DNA from: Octopus sinensis
Lineage: Eukaryota
NCBI RefSeq assembly: GCF_006345805.1
Contig: NC_043023.1
Span: 6,634,001-6,698,000 of the forward strand
DNA: 64,000 bases
Direction of reading: 5' to 3'
The translations under genes and the position numbers were made by a program. Within the stretch, counting starts at the first letter, position 1. Each line of letters opens with the position of its first letter. Under the pieces are notes generated by a model, which saw only the letters and a list, made by a program, of their open reading frames with translations, made no database searches and was not told the origin of the DNA. Below, one piece after another: positions 1 through 12,235 of this stretch.

Positions 1-270
1 TATATTTTATGTGCTGAGTATTGTAGTTTGCTTGAAGCATTGTGTATTGTTTATAAAGAATAAAAAGGTTTTGAATGGTACAACAATGCCCTATAATACA
101 GACAATGGGCTATATACCTGGTGTAATTTAGTCATCCATAGTCTGATATGATATTTCGGAATAATATTCCTTCTTCAGAAATTCATAGATGGAGTCACTG
201 CTGTGTATATCTATACATGCACACATGCATATATATATATATATATATACATACACATACATGTATATAT

Positions 271-514
271 TACTCTTTACTCTTTTACTTGTTTCAGTCA
301 TTTGACTGCGGCCATGCTGGAGCACCGCCTTTTAGTCGAGCAAATCGACCCCGGGACTTATTCTTTGTAAGCCCAGTACTTATTCTATTGGTCTCTTTTG
401 CCGATCCGCTAAGTGACGGGGACGCAAACACACCAGCATCGGTTGTCAAGCAATGCTAGAGGGACAAACCAGACACACAAACATATACACACACACACAT
501 ACATTTATATATAT

Positions 515-553
<39 letters not shown>

Positions 554-720
554 ATGTGACGGGCTTCATTCAGTTTCCGTCTACCAAATCTACTCACAAG
601 GCTTTGGTCGGCCTGGGGCTATACCAGAAGATACTTGCCCAAGATGCTATGCAGTGGGACTGAACCCGGAACCATGTGGTTGGTTAGCAAGCTACTTACC
701 ACACAGCCACTCCTGCGCCT
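271..720 (-). mobile_element. tRNA-derived CORE-like SINE (family A), full length with internal microsatellite linker
   Basis: The minus strand starts aggcgcaggagtggctgtgtggtaag (A-box-like), then gggttcagtccc (B-box-like), a CORE-like ttgggcaagt segment and a (TA/CA)n linker. The 3' tail ends gactgaaacaagtaaaagagta. More than 20 copies in the window. Resembles octopus OR2-type SINEs (from recall). Confidence 0.85.
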
Positions 721-1618
721 ATATATATATATATACACATAGACATATATATATGTGTGTATGTAAATTCATGCAAATATGTAATCAGTTGAGTAATGAA
801 AGAAAACAAAGACAACCACAATCTATTGAATTATTTATTGATATATATATACATATTATAATATACATATATATATACACACAGGATATATATATACACT
901 AACATATATATATATATATAATATATATACACACATATATACATATATATATATGCATATATATATTATATATATACATATTATACATATTATATATACA
1001 TAAATATTATATATATATTATATATACATATGTATTATATATATTTCTATATACATGTATACAACAGGCTTCTTTTGCATTTATAAATAGTCCAAGACTA
1101 AAGTATTCTTACATGGAAGGTCGAGAGAGAAAGAGGGAGGAAAGACAGAGAGGGAGAGAGAGGAAGCATGTAAGGGTCTGTGTGTCCCTGAAGATAAATT
1201 GTAGCATAGCAGAATGAGGGAGGGAGAGAGAGAGAGAGGAGTCGGAGAAGCTATAGTAGCAAGGGAGGGGAGTGTGTGTGTATGTGTGTGTGTTAGAAAC
1301 TGCTGTGAACAAATTGGTCGATATTTAAGAGTACGTATGGGGCAGGAATTGCAAGTTAAAGATACAGTCTGTGTTGGTTGCATTCGAAATTGGGGGTTCT
1401 CTCAGGGTTTTCTGGTTCATAGTAGTAAAGGAGCTGTTTAGAGGTTGTTTATTTTCTGTGCTGGTGCTGTGATGGTGTGTGTGGAGGGAGGGGCTGTTTT
1501 TTTTGCAGGGAGTTGAATATAGTTTGTTATTTTTGTTTCCAAGGGGATGTTTCTGTTTGTGAAAGGTTTGTTTACAAACTGATTACACAAACACAGATGC
1601 ACATAAATATATGTCATA

Positions 1619-1649
<31 letters not shown>

Positions 1650-1754
1650 ATGTATGTATGTATGTATGTATGTATGTATGTGTGTGTGTATACATATGCA
1701 TATACACACACACGCATATATATATACACAAATATATATATATATGTATATATA

Positions 1755-1807
<53 letters not shown>

Positions 1808-1809
<2 letters not shown>

Positions 1810-2139
1810 TTTCGTTTCGGGATTTGGTTTGCAAGATTCTTTATATGAGTTCGTGTATTGGAGCATATTCTGTTGTGTCAGGGGAGAGTCATTCTCTTTT
1901 AGTGCCTATTATTAACACACTCACCGTAAAATTTCCACTTATTTCTTATTTTTATTTTCCTAAAATTTTTGTTGCGTCTTGCGACCTTTTCAATAGTCTT
2001 TTCAAGAGTCAAGACTATTGAAAAGGTTGCAAGACGCAACAAAATTTAGGAAAAAAAAAAAAAAATAAGTGGAAATTTTACCGGTGAGTGTGTTAAATAA
2101 TAAGGCACTAAAAGAAAATGACTCTCCCCAGACACAACA

Positions 2140-2145
<6 letters not shown>
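1808..2145. mobile_element. Fold-back element in (TA)n
   Basis: Inverted arms 1865-2000 and 2011-2145 with a 10-nt loop, plus an unpaired extension at 1808-1864. Confidence 0.75.
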
Positions 2146-2184
<39 letters not shown>

Positions 2185-2487
2185 CATATGCATATATATA
2201 TACATTTATTTATATACAAATATATGTATATGTATATGTGTATATATATATACAGGTTATGAGAGGTAATGGTGTCATTGAGACCCAAAGGTGTCAGGTA
2301 ATGCTGAGTAAGTGCTATGGACAGACCATAGTTAAGTTCCAGGTTCGGTGATTATGCAAATGAGGAGTCCAACGTAGGTCATATATCAGCATGCGTATAT
2401 ATATAAAAATTAACAGAATGACGTAAAAATCCAAGGCTGTGTACAGCCATGGATTTTTATCTCATTCTGTTAATTTTATATATATGC

Positions 2488-2526
<39 letters not shown>

Positions 2527-3185
2527 TATATATGCTAAATACAACCACCATCACTACCACATCTACCACCAACATAACCATCATCATCACCAACACCACA
2601 ACCATCATCACACCACCACCACCACTATCCCCAACACCACTACCACTACCTTTGGGGCGCCTTTAATGGAAACACATAAGATCGGCAGGCAATGATTCTG
2701 AAAGGGGGTTTTCAGGACCCTGTGGCAGAGCCGTGAGGAAAGAAAAGTCGCTGGAAAAAACTGCCAAGTTTAATGTCTTTAAGATGGTTTTAAATTGTAA
2801 AACTTTGCATCCTTATAAAACCCTGTTTTTTTTTTTTTCCAGAAATATCAGAATTCTATATAAGGATGCAGATTTTGCCTCTCGTTAATAAAGAACACTG
2901 TCCGCGATTATGTCCTGAGTCCAGGTGCTGTGAACCTGGTGGGACCTTAAACTTTAAGTTGTGCAGTCACCAGTGAGGCAACTATCTGGTTCCTGGTTGA
3001 GTAGGAGGGCAACATGGCAAGCATGGGGAATCTGAACATGTGAACTTGGATGAAGTTGACAAGGGAGGAAGGATGTAATAACCTTATGCACGAGGGCATT
3101 GCTGCATTTTGCATGGGCGATGGTCAGTGATGGCCTTCCTTGGTCATGAGTGGACAGGCATCGTATGTGTGTGTTCTTTTATCCC

Positions 3186-3390
3186 TTTACTTGTTTCAGT
3201 CATTTTGACTGTGGCCATGCTGGAGCACCACTTCAAAGGGTTTTAGTTGAGCAAATCGACCCCAGGACTTATTCTTTGTAAGCCTTGTACTTATTCTATC
3301 GGTCTCTTTTGCTGAACTGCAAAGTGATGAAGACCTAAACACACCAGTATCGGTTGTCAAGTAATGGTGGGGGGACAAACACAGTCACAA
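3186..3390 (-). mobile_element. Family A SINE, 3' half
   Basis: Matches 271-480. Confidence 0.8.
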
Positions 3391-3463
3391 AGATATAAAT
3401 ATATACATATATATGTATATATTTATTTATATATATATATATATATTTATATACATACACACA

Positions 3464-3585
3464 TTCGCCATGATAGATCGTTAGCCACTAAAAGCTAGTC
3501 TATTTTCTCTCCCTGTTTATTTGTGTTCCTTTCTCTCAAAGAGCATAGGTTCGAAATGTAAAAGACTTTCTCGCTTCCCGAGCAT
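3464..3585 (+). mobile_element. Short Penelope-like terminal fragment (same family as 62826-63012)
   Basis: tcgccatgatagatcg...gaaa(c/t)gtaaaagactttctc...cccgagc; reverse complement of 62890-63010. Confidence 0.6.
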
Positions 3586-3612
3586 ATATATATAATACAT
3601 ATATATATATAC

Positions 3613-3643
<31 letters not shown>

Positions 3644-3656
3644 CATATATATATAC

Positions 3657-3687
<31 letters not shown>

Positions 3688-3711
3688 CATATATATATGC
3701 CAGACCCCTCT

Positions 3712-3910
3712 GGCACCTGTGCAGGTGGCACGTAAAAAACACCCACTATACACTCGCGGAGTGGTGGCGTTAGGAAGGGCATCCAGCTGTAGAAACACTG
3801 CCAGACTAGACTGGAGCCTGGGGCAGTCCGAGCCCCAGACCCCGGTCGAACCGTCCAACCCGTGCTAGCGCGGAAAACGGACGTTAAACGATGATGATGA
3901 TGATGATGAT
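3712..3910 (+). mobile_element. Meta-like SINE / RTE-type 3' tail
   Basis: ggcgttaggaagggcatccagctgtagaaac...ggaaaacggacgttaaac(gat)n; other copies at 34310-34520, 42003-42390 and 63955-64000. Confidence 0.7.
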
Positions 3911-3916
3911 ATATAA

Positions 3917-4014
<98 letters not shown>

Positions 4015-4035
4015 ATTAAGTATGTGAATGATAAG

Positions 4036-4198
4036 TTTTCACACAGTTTCCATCTCCCAAGTTCACTTACAAGGCATTCCTTAGCTGCCCAATGGAATAG
4101 TAAAAGACACTGGCCCAAGGTCCGGCATGGTGGGACTGAACTCAAAAACCTTGTGGTTGCAAAGCTAGCTTCTTAACCACACAGCCATGCCTGCACCT
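4036..4198 (-). mobile_element. Family A SINE, diverged 5' half
   Basis: Matches 560-720 with substitutions. Confidence 0.7.
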
Positions 4199-4239
4199 TG
4201 ACCACAATCAACATTAATGCCACTACCACCACCCATCCC

Positions 4240-4985
4240 AGGATTCTACAGTGTGGTTGTGGTTGTAGTAGTGATAACGGTGGTATCATATTAGTGTTGT
4301 GGAAGTGTTGTTGAAGTGTTCTGGCAATGGTAGTGTAGTAGTATTGTAGCAGTGTTGTGGCAGTGTTGTAGAAGTGTTATAGAAGTATTGTGCTGGTGTC
4401 GTAAGCGATGTTGTGGCGATGTTATAACAGTTTTCTGGTGGTGTTGTCGCAGTGGTGTGTTGGTGTTGTAAGTAGTGTTCTGGTGGTATATCAGCATTGT
4501 TGTAGCAGTGTTCTGGTGGCATGGTAGCAGTGTTGTAGAAGTGTTCTAGCGGAGTTATAGCAGTGTTGTACTAGTGTTCTGGTGGTGTGTTAGCAGTGTA
4601 GTGACGGTGTGGTAATTTTGTTGTAGTACTGTTTTGATAAGATTGTAGCAGTGTTCTGGTAGTGGTGCAGCAGTGTTGTAAAAGTGTTATAGAAGTATTG
4701 TGTTGGTGCTGTAGCATTGTTCTAGTAGTATCATAGCAGTGTTCTTGTGGTGTGTTAGCAGTGTTTAAACAGTATTCTGCTAGTGTTGTAGTAGTGTTCT
4801 GGTGGTGTGATAGCAGTGTTGTAGTACTGTTCTAGTAAGGTGGTAGCAGTGTTCTGAGGTATTGTAGTGGTGTCATAGTTGTGTCTTATGGTCTGTTGTA
4901 GTGCACTGTGGAGTGCATTGTAGTAGTGTTATAGAAGTGTTGTGGTAGTGCTGTTGCAGTGTTTTAGCAGTGTTTTAGTAGTGTC
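4240..4985. repeat. Degenerate minisatellite (tagcagtgttgtagtagtgttctggtggtg-like)
   Basis: Recurrent gcagtgttgt / agtgttctgg motifs. Confidence 0.75.
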
Positions 4986-5239
4986 TTGTTCTGTATGTGG
5001 TGTGTGTGTGTGTGTGTTTACGTTGCAGTAGACAGTCCCTGTGATAAAAAGGTTAGTGACCCCTACTGGTCTTGCAGAAGGCAGCCCCCTGTGGGTTGTG
5101 TGTGGGTGTCATTAGTTAACGAAGTCTTTGACCTCTCGTTAGTGTTTCACAAATCAATAAGTTACTTCACAGTTTGATCTCCTCTTGATGTAGACATTTG
5201 TCCAGGTTCTTCCAGAAGATTGTCTTCTGCAAAAAAATA

Positions 5240-5342
5240 AATAAAATAAACAACAACAACAACAATAATAATAATAATGATAATAATAATATAATAATAA
5301 ATAATAATAATAATAATAATAATATAAAATATAATAATAATA

Positions 5343-5381
<39 letters not shown>

Positions 5382-5561
5382 TAATAATAATAATAATATA
5401 ATAATAATATAATAATAATAATAATATAATAATAATAATAAATAAATAAAATAATAATAATAATAATAATAAAATAATAATAATAATAAATAAAATAATA
5501 ATATAATAATAATAAAAAATAATAATAATATATAATAATAATAAAATAATAAATAAAATAA

Positions 5562-5593
<32 letters not shown>

Positions 5594-5724
5594 TAATAAT
5601 AATAAATAAAATAATAATAATAATAATAATAAAATAATAATAATAATAATAATAATAATGATAATAATAATAATAAATAAAATAATAATAATAATAAATA
5701 AAATAATAATAATAATAAATATAA

Positions 5725-5765
<41 letters not shown>

Positions 5766-5936
5766 TAATAATAATAATAAATAAAATAATAATAATAATA
5801 ATAATAATAATGATAATAATAATAATAATAAAAAATAATAATAATATAATAAAATAATAATAATAATAAATAATAATAATAATATAATAATATAATAATA
5901 ATAATAATAATAATAATAAAACTAGATAAAATAATA

Positions 5937-5994
<58 letters not shown>

Positions 5995-5998
5995 GTAA
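5240..5998. repeat. (AAT)n microsatellite
   Basis: About 750 bp of imperfect AAT. Confidence 0.95.
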
Positions 5999-6000
5999 TA

Positions 6001-6559
6001 AATGCCCTGATGCAGTACCAGACAGTGGCTCTCAAGGCTTCTGATCTTAACTGATTGGAAGTGTTATCATGTACATTGTTTTGTCTTGGTATAAAAGATG
6101 GGCTACAGCAAATATTCTGCTCAATACCACAGATTTGCTTATCAATTTGCTTGACCTTAACCAGTTGAGCATGTCCCTTAGTGGCTGATGATATGTGCAT
6201 TTCTGACCACAAGCAGAAGTAGTGGGGGAGCATCATAGCCATGTGTTGAGAGGGATTCTTTGGGGTTTGGATAATTCACCTATAGAAACATGGGTGTTTC
6301 GTTCAACATCCTTAAACAACCCTTATTCAGGGATCTTTTGAGCGGGATGGGCTACTCAGCCTGAAGAATATTCTAACTGGGCCCCACCTGCAAGGTCATG
6401 CACTGTTTATCTTGATATGAGATCACCATGTCGCACACATATGGTTGTGATGCATGTGCCTGGTGTACCCTAATCAGACGGGTAGTCATGATGGGTATAC
6501 TGGGCTTCGTATATTTTACCCTAGTGTCACTTTGATGGCATGCACTACTCTCTCACTCC
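6001..6559. mobile_element. ~560-bp non-autonomous element flanked by (TAA)n (family T)
   Basis: aatgccctgatgcagtacc...ctctctcactc; same ends in the copy at 38598-39154; no TIRs. Confidence 0.75.
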
Positions 6560-6604
6560 ATAATAATAATAATGATGATGATGGTAATAATAATAATAAA
6601 TATG

Positions 6605-6654
<50 letters not shown>

Positions 6655-7148
6655 CTTGACAAAAAATATGAAAACTGTTGACAATGCATAGAATGCACCA
6701 TCCTAAGGCAGATATAGAACGACTTTATCTGCCAAGAAAAGAGGGAGGCTGTGGACTTTTACAACTGGCAATAACAATGAAGATTGCTATAATTGGCCTA
6801 GACACCTACCTGAAAATCTCTGAGGACTGGATGTTAAAACTTGTCTCAAAACATGAAAACAAGAAAGCATCATACTCAGTAACAAAACAGGCAAAAGAAT
6901 ATCTAAGTGAATTCCAAATACAACAAATTTCGGAATTAGACACAAGAAACAAGCATAGAAAAAGCTAAATGCATGAAAACCCATGCTAAAATTGCTGCCT
7001 TAGATATTCTGAATGATAAATGGCAAGAAAGCCCTCTCTAAGGCAAATACCCAAAAAGAGTGAATAATGCAGATGTTGACAAAGCCTTGACCCATCAATG
7101 GCTAATGGCCTCTGGCTTAAAATCTGAAACAGAAGGGTTTATCATAGC
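6655..7148 (+). mobile_element. R4/Dong-like non-LTR retrotransposon RT C-terminal remnant
   Basis: Translates to LTMHRMHHPKADIERLYLPRKEGGCGL and W..SPL*GKYP...DVDKALTHQWL.ASGLKSETEGFIIA, motifs typical of R4-clade ORFs. Contains a stop and frameshifts and lies in (TAA)n. Confidence 0.75.
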
Positions 7149-7468
7149 TGTGTATTGAAAGGAATTCTTTGGGGTTTGAATAATTCACCTCTGGAAATGT
7201 GGGTGTTTCATTCATTGTCCTTAAACAGCCCTTAATCAGGGACCTTTTGTGCAGGATGGTCTACTCAACCTGAAGAAAATTCAAACTGAGCCCTACCTGA
7301 AAGGTCATGCACTGTTTATCATGATATAAGATCACCATGTTGTGCACATATGCTTGTGATGCATATACTTGGTGTACCTTTATCAGACAGGTAGTCATGA
7401 TGGGTATACTGGGCTTCATATAGCTGTATTCCTCTGTCACTTTGATGCCGTGTGCTGCTCTCTCACTC
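7140..7468. mobile_element. Family T element, 3' part, fused to the R4-like fragment
   Basis: Aligns to 6233-6559. Confidence 0.75.
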
Positions 7469-7495
7469 AATAATAATAATAATAATAATAATAAT

Positions 7496-7528
<33 letters not shown>

Positions 7529-7689
7529 AATAATAATAATAATAATAATGATAATAATGATAATGATGATAATAATAATAATGATGATAATAATAATAAT
7601 GATGATGATGATGATAATGATGATGATGATGATGATAAATAATAATAATAATAATGATGATAATGATAATAATAATAATGATAATAATG

Positions 7690-7723
<34 letters not shown>

Positions 7724-7783
7724 TAATAATAAATAATAATGATAATAATGATAATAATATAATAATAAAATAATAATAATATA

Positions 7784-7814
<31 letters not shown>

Positions 7815-8097
7815 AATGATAATATAATAATAATAATAATAATAATAATGATAATAATATAATGATAATAATAATAATGATAATAATAATAATAAAAAAT
7901 AATAATAAAATGATAATAATGATAATAATAATATAAAAATAATAATAATAATAATAATATAATATAATAATAATGATAAATAATAATAATAATAATAATG
8001 ATAATAATAATAATAATGATAATAATAATAATAATAATAATGATAATAATGATAATAATGAAATAATAATAATGATAATAATAATAATGATAATAAT

Positions 8098-8135
<38 letters not shown>

Positions 8136-8237
8136 TAATAATAATAATAATAATAATGATAATAATGATAATAATAATAATAATAATATGATAATAATTA
8201 TAATAATAATAATGATAATAATAATAATGATAATAAT

Positions 8238-8268
<31 letters not shown>

Positions 8269-8315
8269 TAATAATGATATTAATAATGATAATAATATGA
8301 TAATAATAATAATAA

Positions 8316-8353
<38 letters not shown>

Positions 8354-8438
8354 TAATAATAATAATAATATTAATGATAATAATGATAATATAATAATGA
8401 TAATAATAATAATGATAATAATAATAATAATGATGATG

Positions 8439-8472
<34 letters not shown>

Positions 8473-8505
8473 TTAATAATAATAATAATAATAATAATAA
8501 TGATG

Positions 8506-8536
<31 letters not shown>

Positions 8537-8596
8537 TAATAATAATAATAATAATAATAATGATAATAATAATAATAATAAATAATAATAATAATA

Positions 8597-8643
<47 letters not shown>
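7469..8643. repeat. (AAT/GAT)n microsatellite
   Basis: About 1.17 kb of imperfect AAT with GAT variants. Confidence 0.95.
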
Positions 8644-8645
<2 letters not shown>

Positions 8646-9049
8646 GTTTCTTACATTGCCTTCTACTGATGAGTTCTGAATTGGCTTCGGTCAACAACTC
8701 AATGTCCAAAGATGTTGGAAACAAGCTAACGAGGAAACTGGACAATGTCGGAGAGAACTCGTTAATTATTTGCTGGACTCTTATCTTGGATGCAGCATGG
8801 CAGGCGGTACAGTAGAAATGCTTTTGGGTGACAACGGCGCCAATTAACTTGGGTTAGCAGTCTGTAGACGTCACATCATTTGGGAATTGCTCCAGTAGGG
8901 TTCATATCAAAATGCTACTTTTTTTAAGCTTGTTTTAGTACTGAAGCAGCTTTGGTCAATTGTAGCAAGGCTTGGACAATAACAGACACACCGGCAGAAG
9001 GGACAAGCACTGGACATTGTCTTGTTTGAAGTTTTCCTTTGAAGTTTGT

Positions 9050-9915
9050 TTTCCAGGAAGAAAAAAATAACAAATGGCTAACAAACACTTTTGATACCAA
9101 TCCTATTGAAACTGCCCCTGGGTCTATTGATACAAATTTCTCGTTTTAAAGGAATCTAAATTAAAATCTTTCATCAAGATTTAAAGTTAATTTATGCCAG
9201 TTTAATTATGGAAAAATTATTTTACTAAACTCTTGGTTATTTTCAAAATTAATTAAAACAATTATCAGTGTGTTTTAACGAATATAGTAACACAAGAGTA
9301 GAGGCGCAATGGCCCAGTGGTTAGGGCAGCAGACTAGCGGTTGAAGGATTGCTGTTTCAATTCCCAGACCGGGCGTTGGGTGTGTTTGTTGAGCGAAAAC
9401 ACCAAAAGCTCCACGAGGCTCCGGCAGGGTGTGGTGGCGACCCCTGTTGTACTCTTTCGCCCCAACTTTCACTCGTTCTTCCTGTTTCTTGAGTAATGCT
9501 GCGATGGACTGGTGTCCTGTCCAGCTGGGGGGAACACATATGCCACAGAAACAGGGAAACCGGGCCCATGAGCCTGGCTAGGCTTGAAAAGGGCGTAAAA
9601 AAAAATAGTAACACAAGACTTAAAGTTATCTAAGTTAAAAACTTCCATCAAAATTTCATGTTAATTTGTTTACAAAATTCTTAATTACTTACAAAATTAA
9701 TTGAAACAAAAGCTGTGTATTTTGAACAGAAATATGGTAACAAAAGGGTTAAAGTGAACGAAAGTAAAACACCCTTCAAAATTCCATGCTAGTTTATGTT
9801 CCAAACTTCAGCTTAAACATGATAAAGATATTTTACTAAATTCTTCATTATTCTCTCAAATTAATTGGAGCAAAGGCAGAGTATTTCAACAGGAATATGG
9901 TAACAAAAGGATTAA
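9050..9915. mobile_element. Three diverged piggyBac-type MITE pieces (one split by the SINE)
   Basis: Ends aaatatggtaacaaaagggttaaa (9731-9752) and ggtaacaaaaggattaaa (near 9915); homologous to 52679-53155. Confidence 0.6.
9298..9597 (+). mobile_element. tRNA-derived SINE with V-like central domain (OR1-like)
   Basis: gaggcgcaatggcccagtggttagggcagc head with B-box-like gtttcaattcc, then gcgatggactggtgtcctgtccag; antisense copies at 31835-32110 and 32272-32350. Confidence 0.7.
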
Positions 9916-10589
9916 AGCTCAAGAGTAAAGACTTTACCATATAGCTAATAGCAGCAGTTACTAGTCATAAAAGATTAATTCTGATTGGCTAGCTTTTGAA
10001 AAGACGAAATATCCCATTGGCTGTTCAATGGAATCACAAAACCTGTCTTCCTCAAATTGATATTCTTCCCTTTCTCCAGAAATTCTGCGTTTATTTTATG
10101 TGTTCTGTTTCATTACATGATCTCAGTGGTTTTTGATGAGAGGGCTTTCATCCTGTGCAGCAATCGAGGTTCTTTCAAATATGGCGATATTGGATTTAAT
10201 AAAGGCTGCTCCCTTTGCCTATGTGTAGGAGGGACCAGCAGCAAAAGCAGGTTGGCTAGTATTGAGTACAAGGCGGAGCTTATGTTTGGACTACCTTTTA
10301 TAGAAATAGATGAGGATGTAGACGAAGAAAAAGAGTGATGGACACTGAAGGACCATACAGTGTCCAAAACTGATTCTATGGTAGCAGCTTGGGAGCAAAA
10401 TTGTAGCAGTATCGAGAGTGAAGCAAATGTAGAGATGAACTTACAAAGATTGGGTGGCTACAATATCTCTGAAAGTGTTACTTTTGTTCTATGAGAGGGA
10501 GTGGCTAAATAGGCCCTTTTTGTTACAGCAGTAGTGGGTGTGGTGAATCATTGATAAGGCAGGCATGGTTCGGTTATGTTCTCTCATTG

Positions 10590-11042
10590 CTGATGTAGGC
10601 GTGGCTTGCATTTGCATTGTTAATCAGATGGCTTTCTCATTTCAGAAAGTAGGCGTAGATGGCATTTTTTATTTGCATTGTTGATTGGCTGGTATTTTTT
10701 TATAAAGGACAAGGGGCGTGGCTTACACTTGCATTGTTAATCAGCTGGCTTTCTTATTTCATAAAGTGGGCAATGATAGCATTTATATGCATTGTCAGTT
10801 ATCTGATATTTTTACATCAGGAGTCGTGGGCGTGGCTTACATTTGCATTGTTGATCAGCAGGCATTCTCATTTCCGAAAATGGGTATAGATGGCATTTAT
10901 ATTTGCATTGTCAATTAGCTGGCATTTGTCTATCATGAATAGGGGGTGTGGCTTACATTTGCATTGTTAATCAGCTGTCATTCACATTTCAGAAAGTAAG
11001 TATTGATAGCATGTATATATATGTATTGTCAATTATCTGGCC
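10590..11042. repeat. Degenerate minisatellite (~115-bp dimer unit) rich in ATTTGCAT and GGGCGTGGC
   Basis: About 4 dimer units; five perfect octamers. Confidence 0.7.
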
Positions 11043-11159
11043 TTTTTTTTTTACTCAGATCTGAACAGGGAGCTTGGCTGGAACTAAGAAATTAAGGCAG
11101 GGAAGAGGGAGCAGCATAATTTACACTAGGCAGTACAATGCACTACTCTATACAACAGT

Positions 11160-11710
11160 TGGTACTCCAGGGGTGGGTGGAGCTAGAATTGTGATTTAGT
11201 AACAGGGTGGGGGTGTCTGATGTAGTAACTGCAATGGTCATTATATCAGAAGTGGGTTAGGCTAAAGTCAGGTGTGGTATACAGAGGGTGGGATTTAGAA
11301 TTGTAATTACTAGAACAGTTGTTATTCCAGCCAGAAGTGGGTGTGGCTAAATGTGGGTGTGACATACAGAAGGTTGGGTCATAAATTGTAATTACAAGAA
11401 TAGTTGTTATTCCAGCCAGAGGAGGGTTCGGTTAAAGGTAGGTGTGGTTAAAGGTGGATGCAATATACAGAGGGTTGGATCATAAATTGTAATTACTAGA
11501 ATAGTTGTTATTTCAGTCAGAGGTGTGTGTGATATACAGAGGGAGGGGGTCATGTGCTGTAATTAGAAGAATGATTATTATTACAGCCAGAAATGGGTGT
11601 GGCTAAAAGTGTGTGTGATATACTGAGGCAGAGATGAAGGGGAGGTCATAATTTGTAATAACACCAATGGTTGCTATCCTAGTCACAAGTGGGTGTGGCT
11701 AAAGCTATAG
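11160..11710. repeat. Degenerate ~80-bp minisatellite
   Basis: Recurrent gtgggtgtggctaaa...atacagaggg...aattgtaattactagaatagttgttattccagccag. Confidence 0.65.
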
Positions 11711-11843
11711 TGGTTTCTATTCCTGCCAGAGAACAAGGCATTAGCTAGCTTCAGGCTTGGCCATTTGAAATTAATTGTGATAACTGCAATGAGGGTGTGG
11801 TTTGGATTGGGTTATCTATGGCAAAACTGCCTTGGCATGGACA

Positions 11844-12235
11844 TACTCTTTTACTTGTTTCAGTCATTTGACTGCGGCCATGCTGGAGCACCACCTTTAG
11901 TCGAGCAAATCGACCCCAGGACTTGTTCTTTGTAAGCCTAGTACTTATTCTATCGGTCTCTTTTGCCGAACCGCTAAGTTACGGGGACATAAACACACTA
12001 ACATCGGTTGTCAAGCGATGCTGGGGGGACAAACATACACACACACATACATATATATATATTCATATATACAATGGGCTTCTTTGAGTTTCCATCTACC
12101 AAATCCACTCACAAGGCTTTGGTTGGCCTGAGGCTATAGTAGAAGACACTTGTCCAAGGTGCCACATAATGGGACTGAACCCGGAACCATGTGGTTGGTA
12201 AGCAAGCTACTTACCACACAGCCACTCCTGCACCT
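11844..12235 (-). mobile_element. Family A SINE, full length
   Basis: Matches 271-720. Confidence 0.85.

Noticed and set aside
1113-1187. 75-nt in-frame exon candidate (GHTDPYMLPLSPSLSFLPLSLSTFH)
   Set aside because: Mostly (CT)n low complexity; splice sites could be incidental.
8656-8853. Minus-strand 67-codon open frame ending at a GTAAG donor
   Set aside because: No good acceptor, no recognisable homology, and length compatible with chance.
9298-9375. tRNA gene
   Set aside because: A tRNA-like head continuing into a SINE body; no complete cloverleaf, and multiple dispersed copies.
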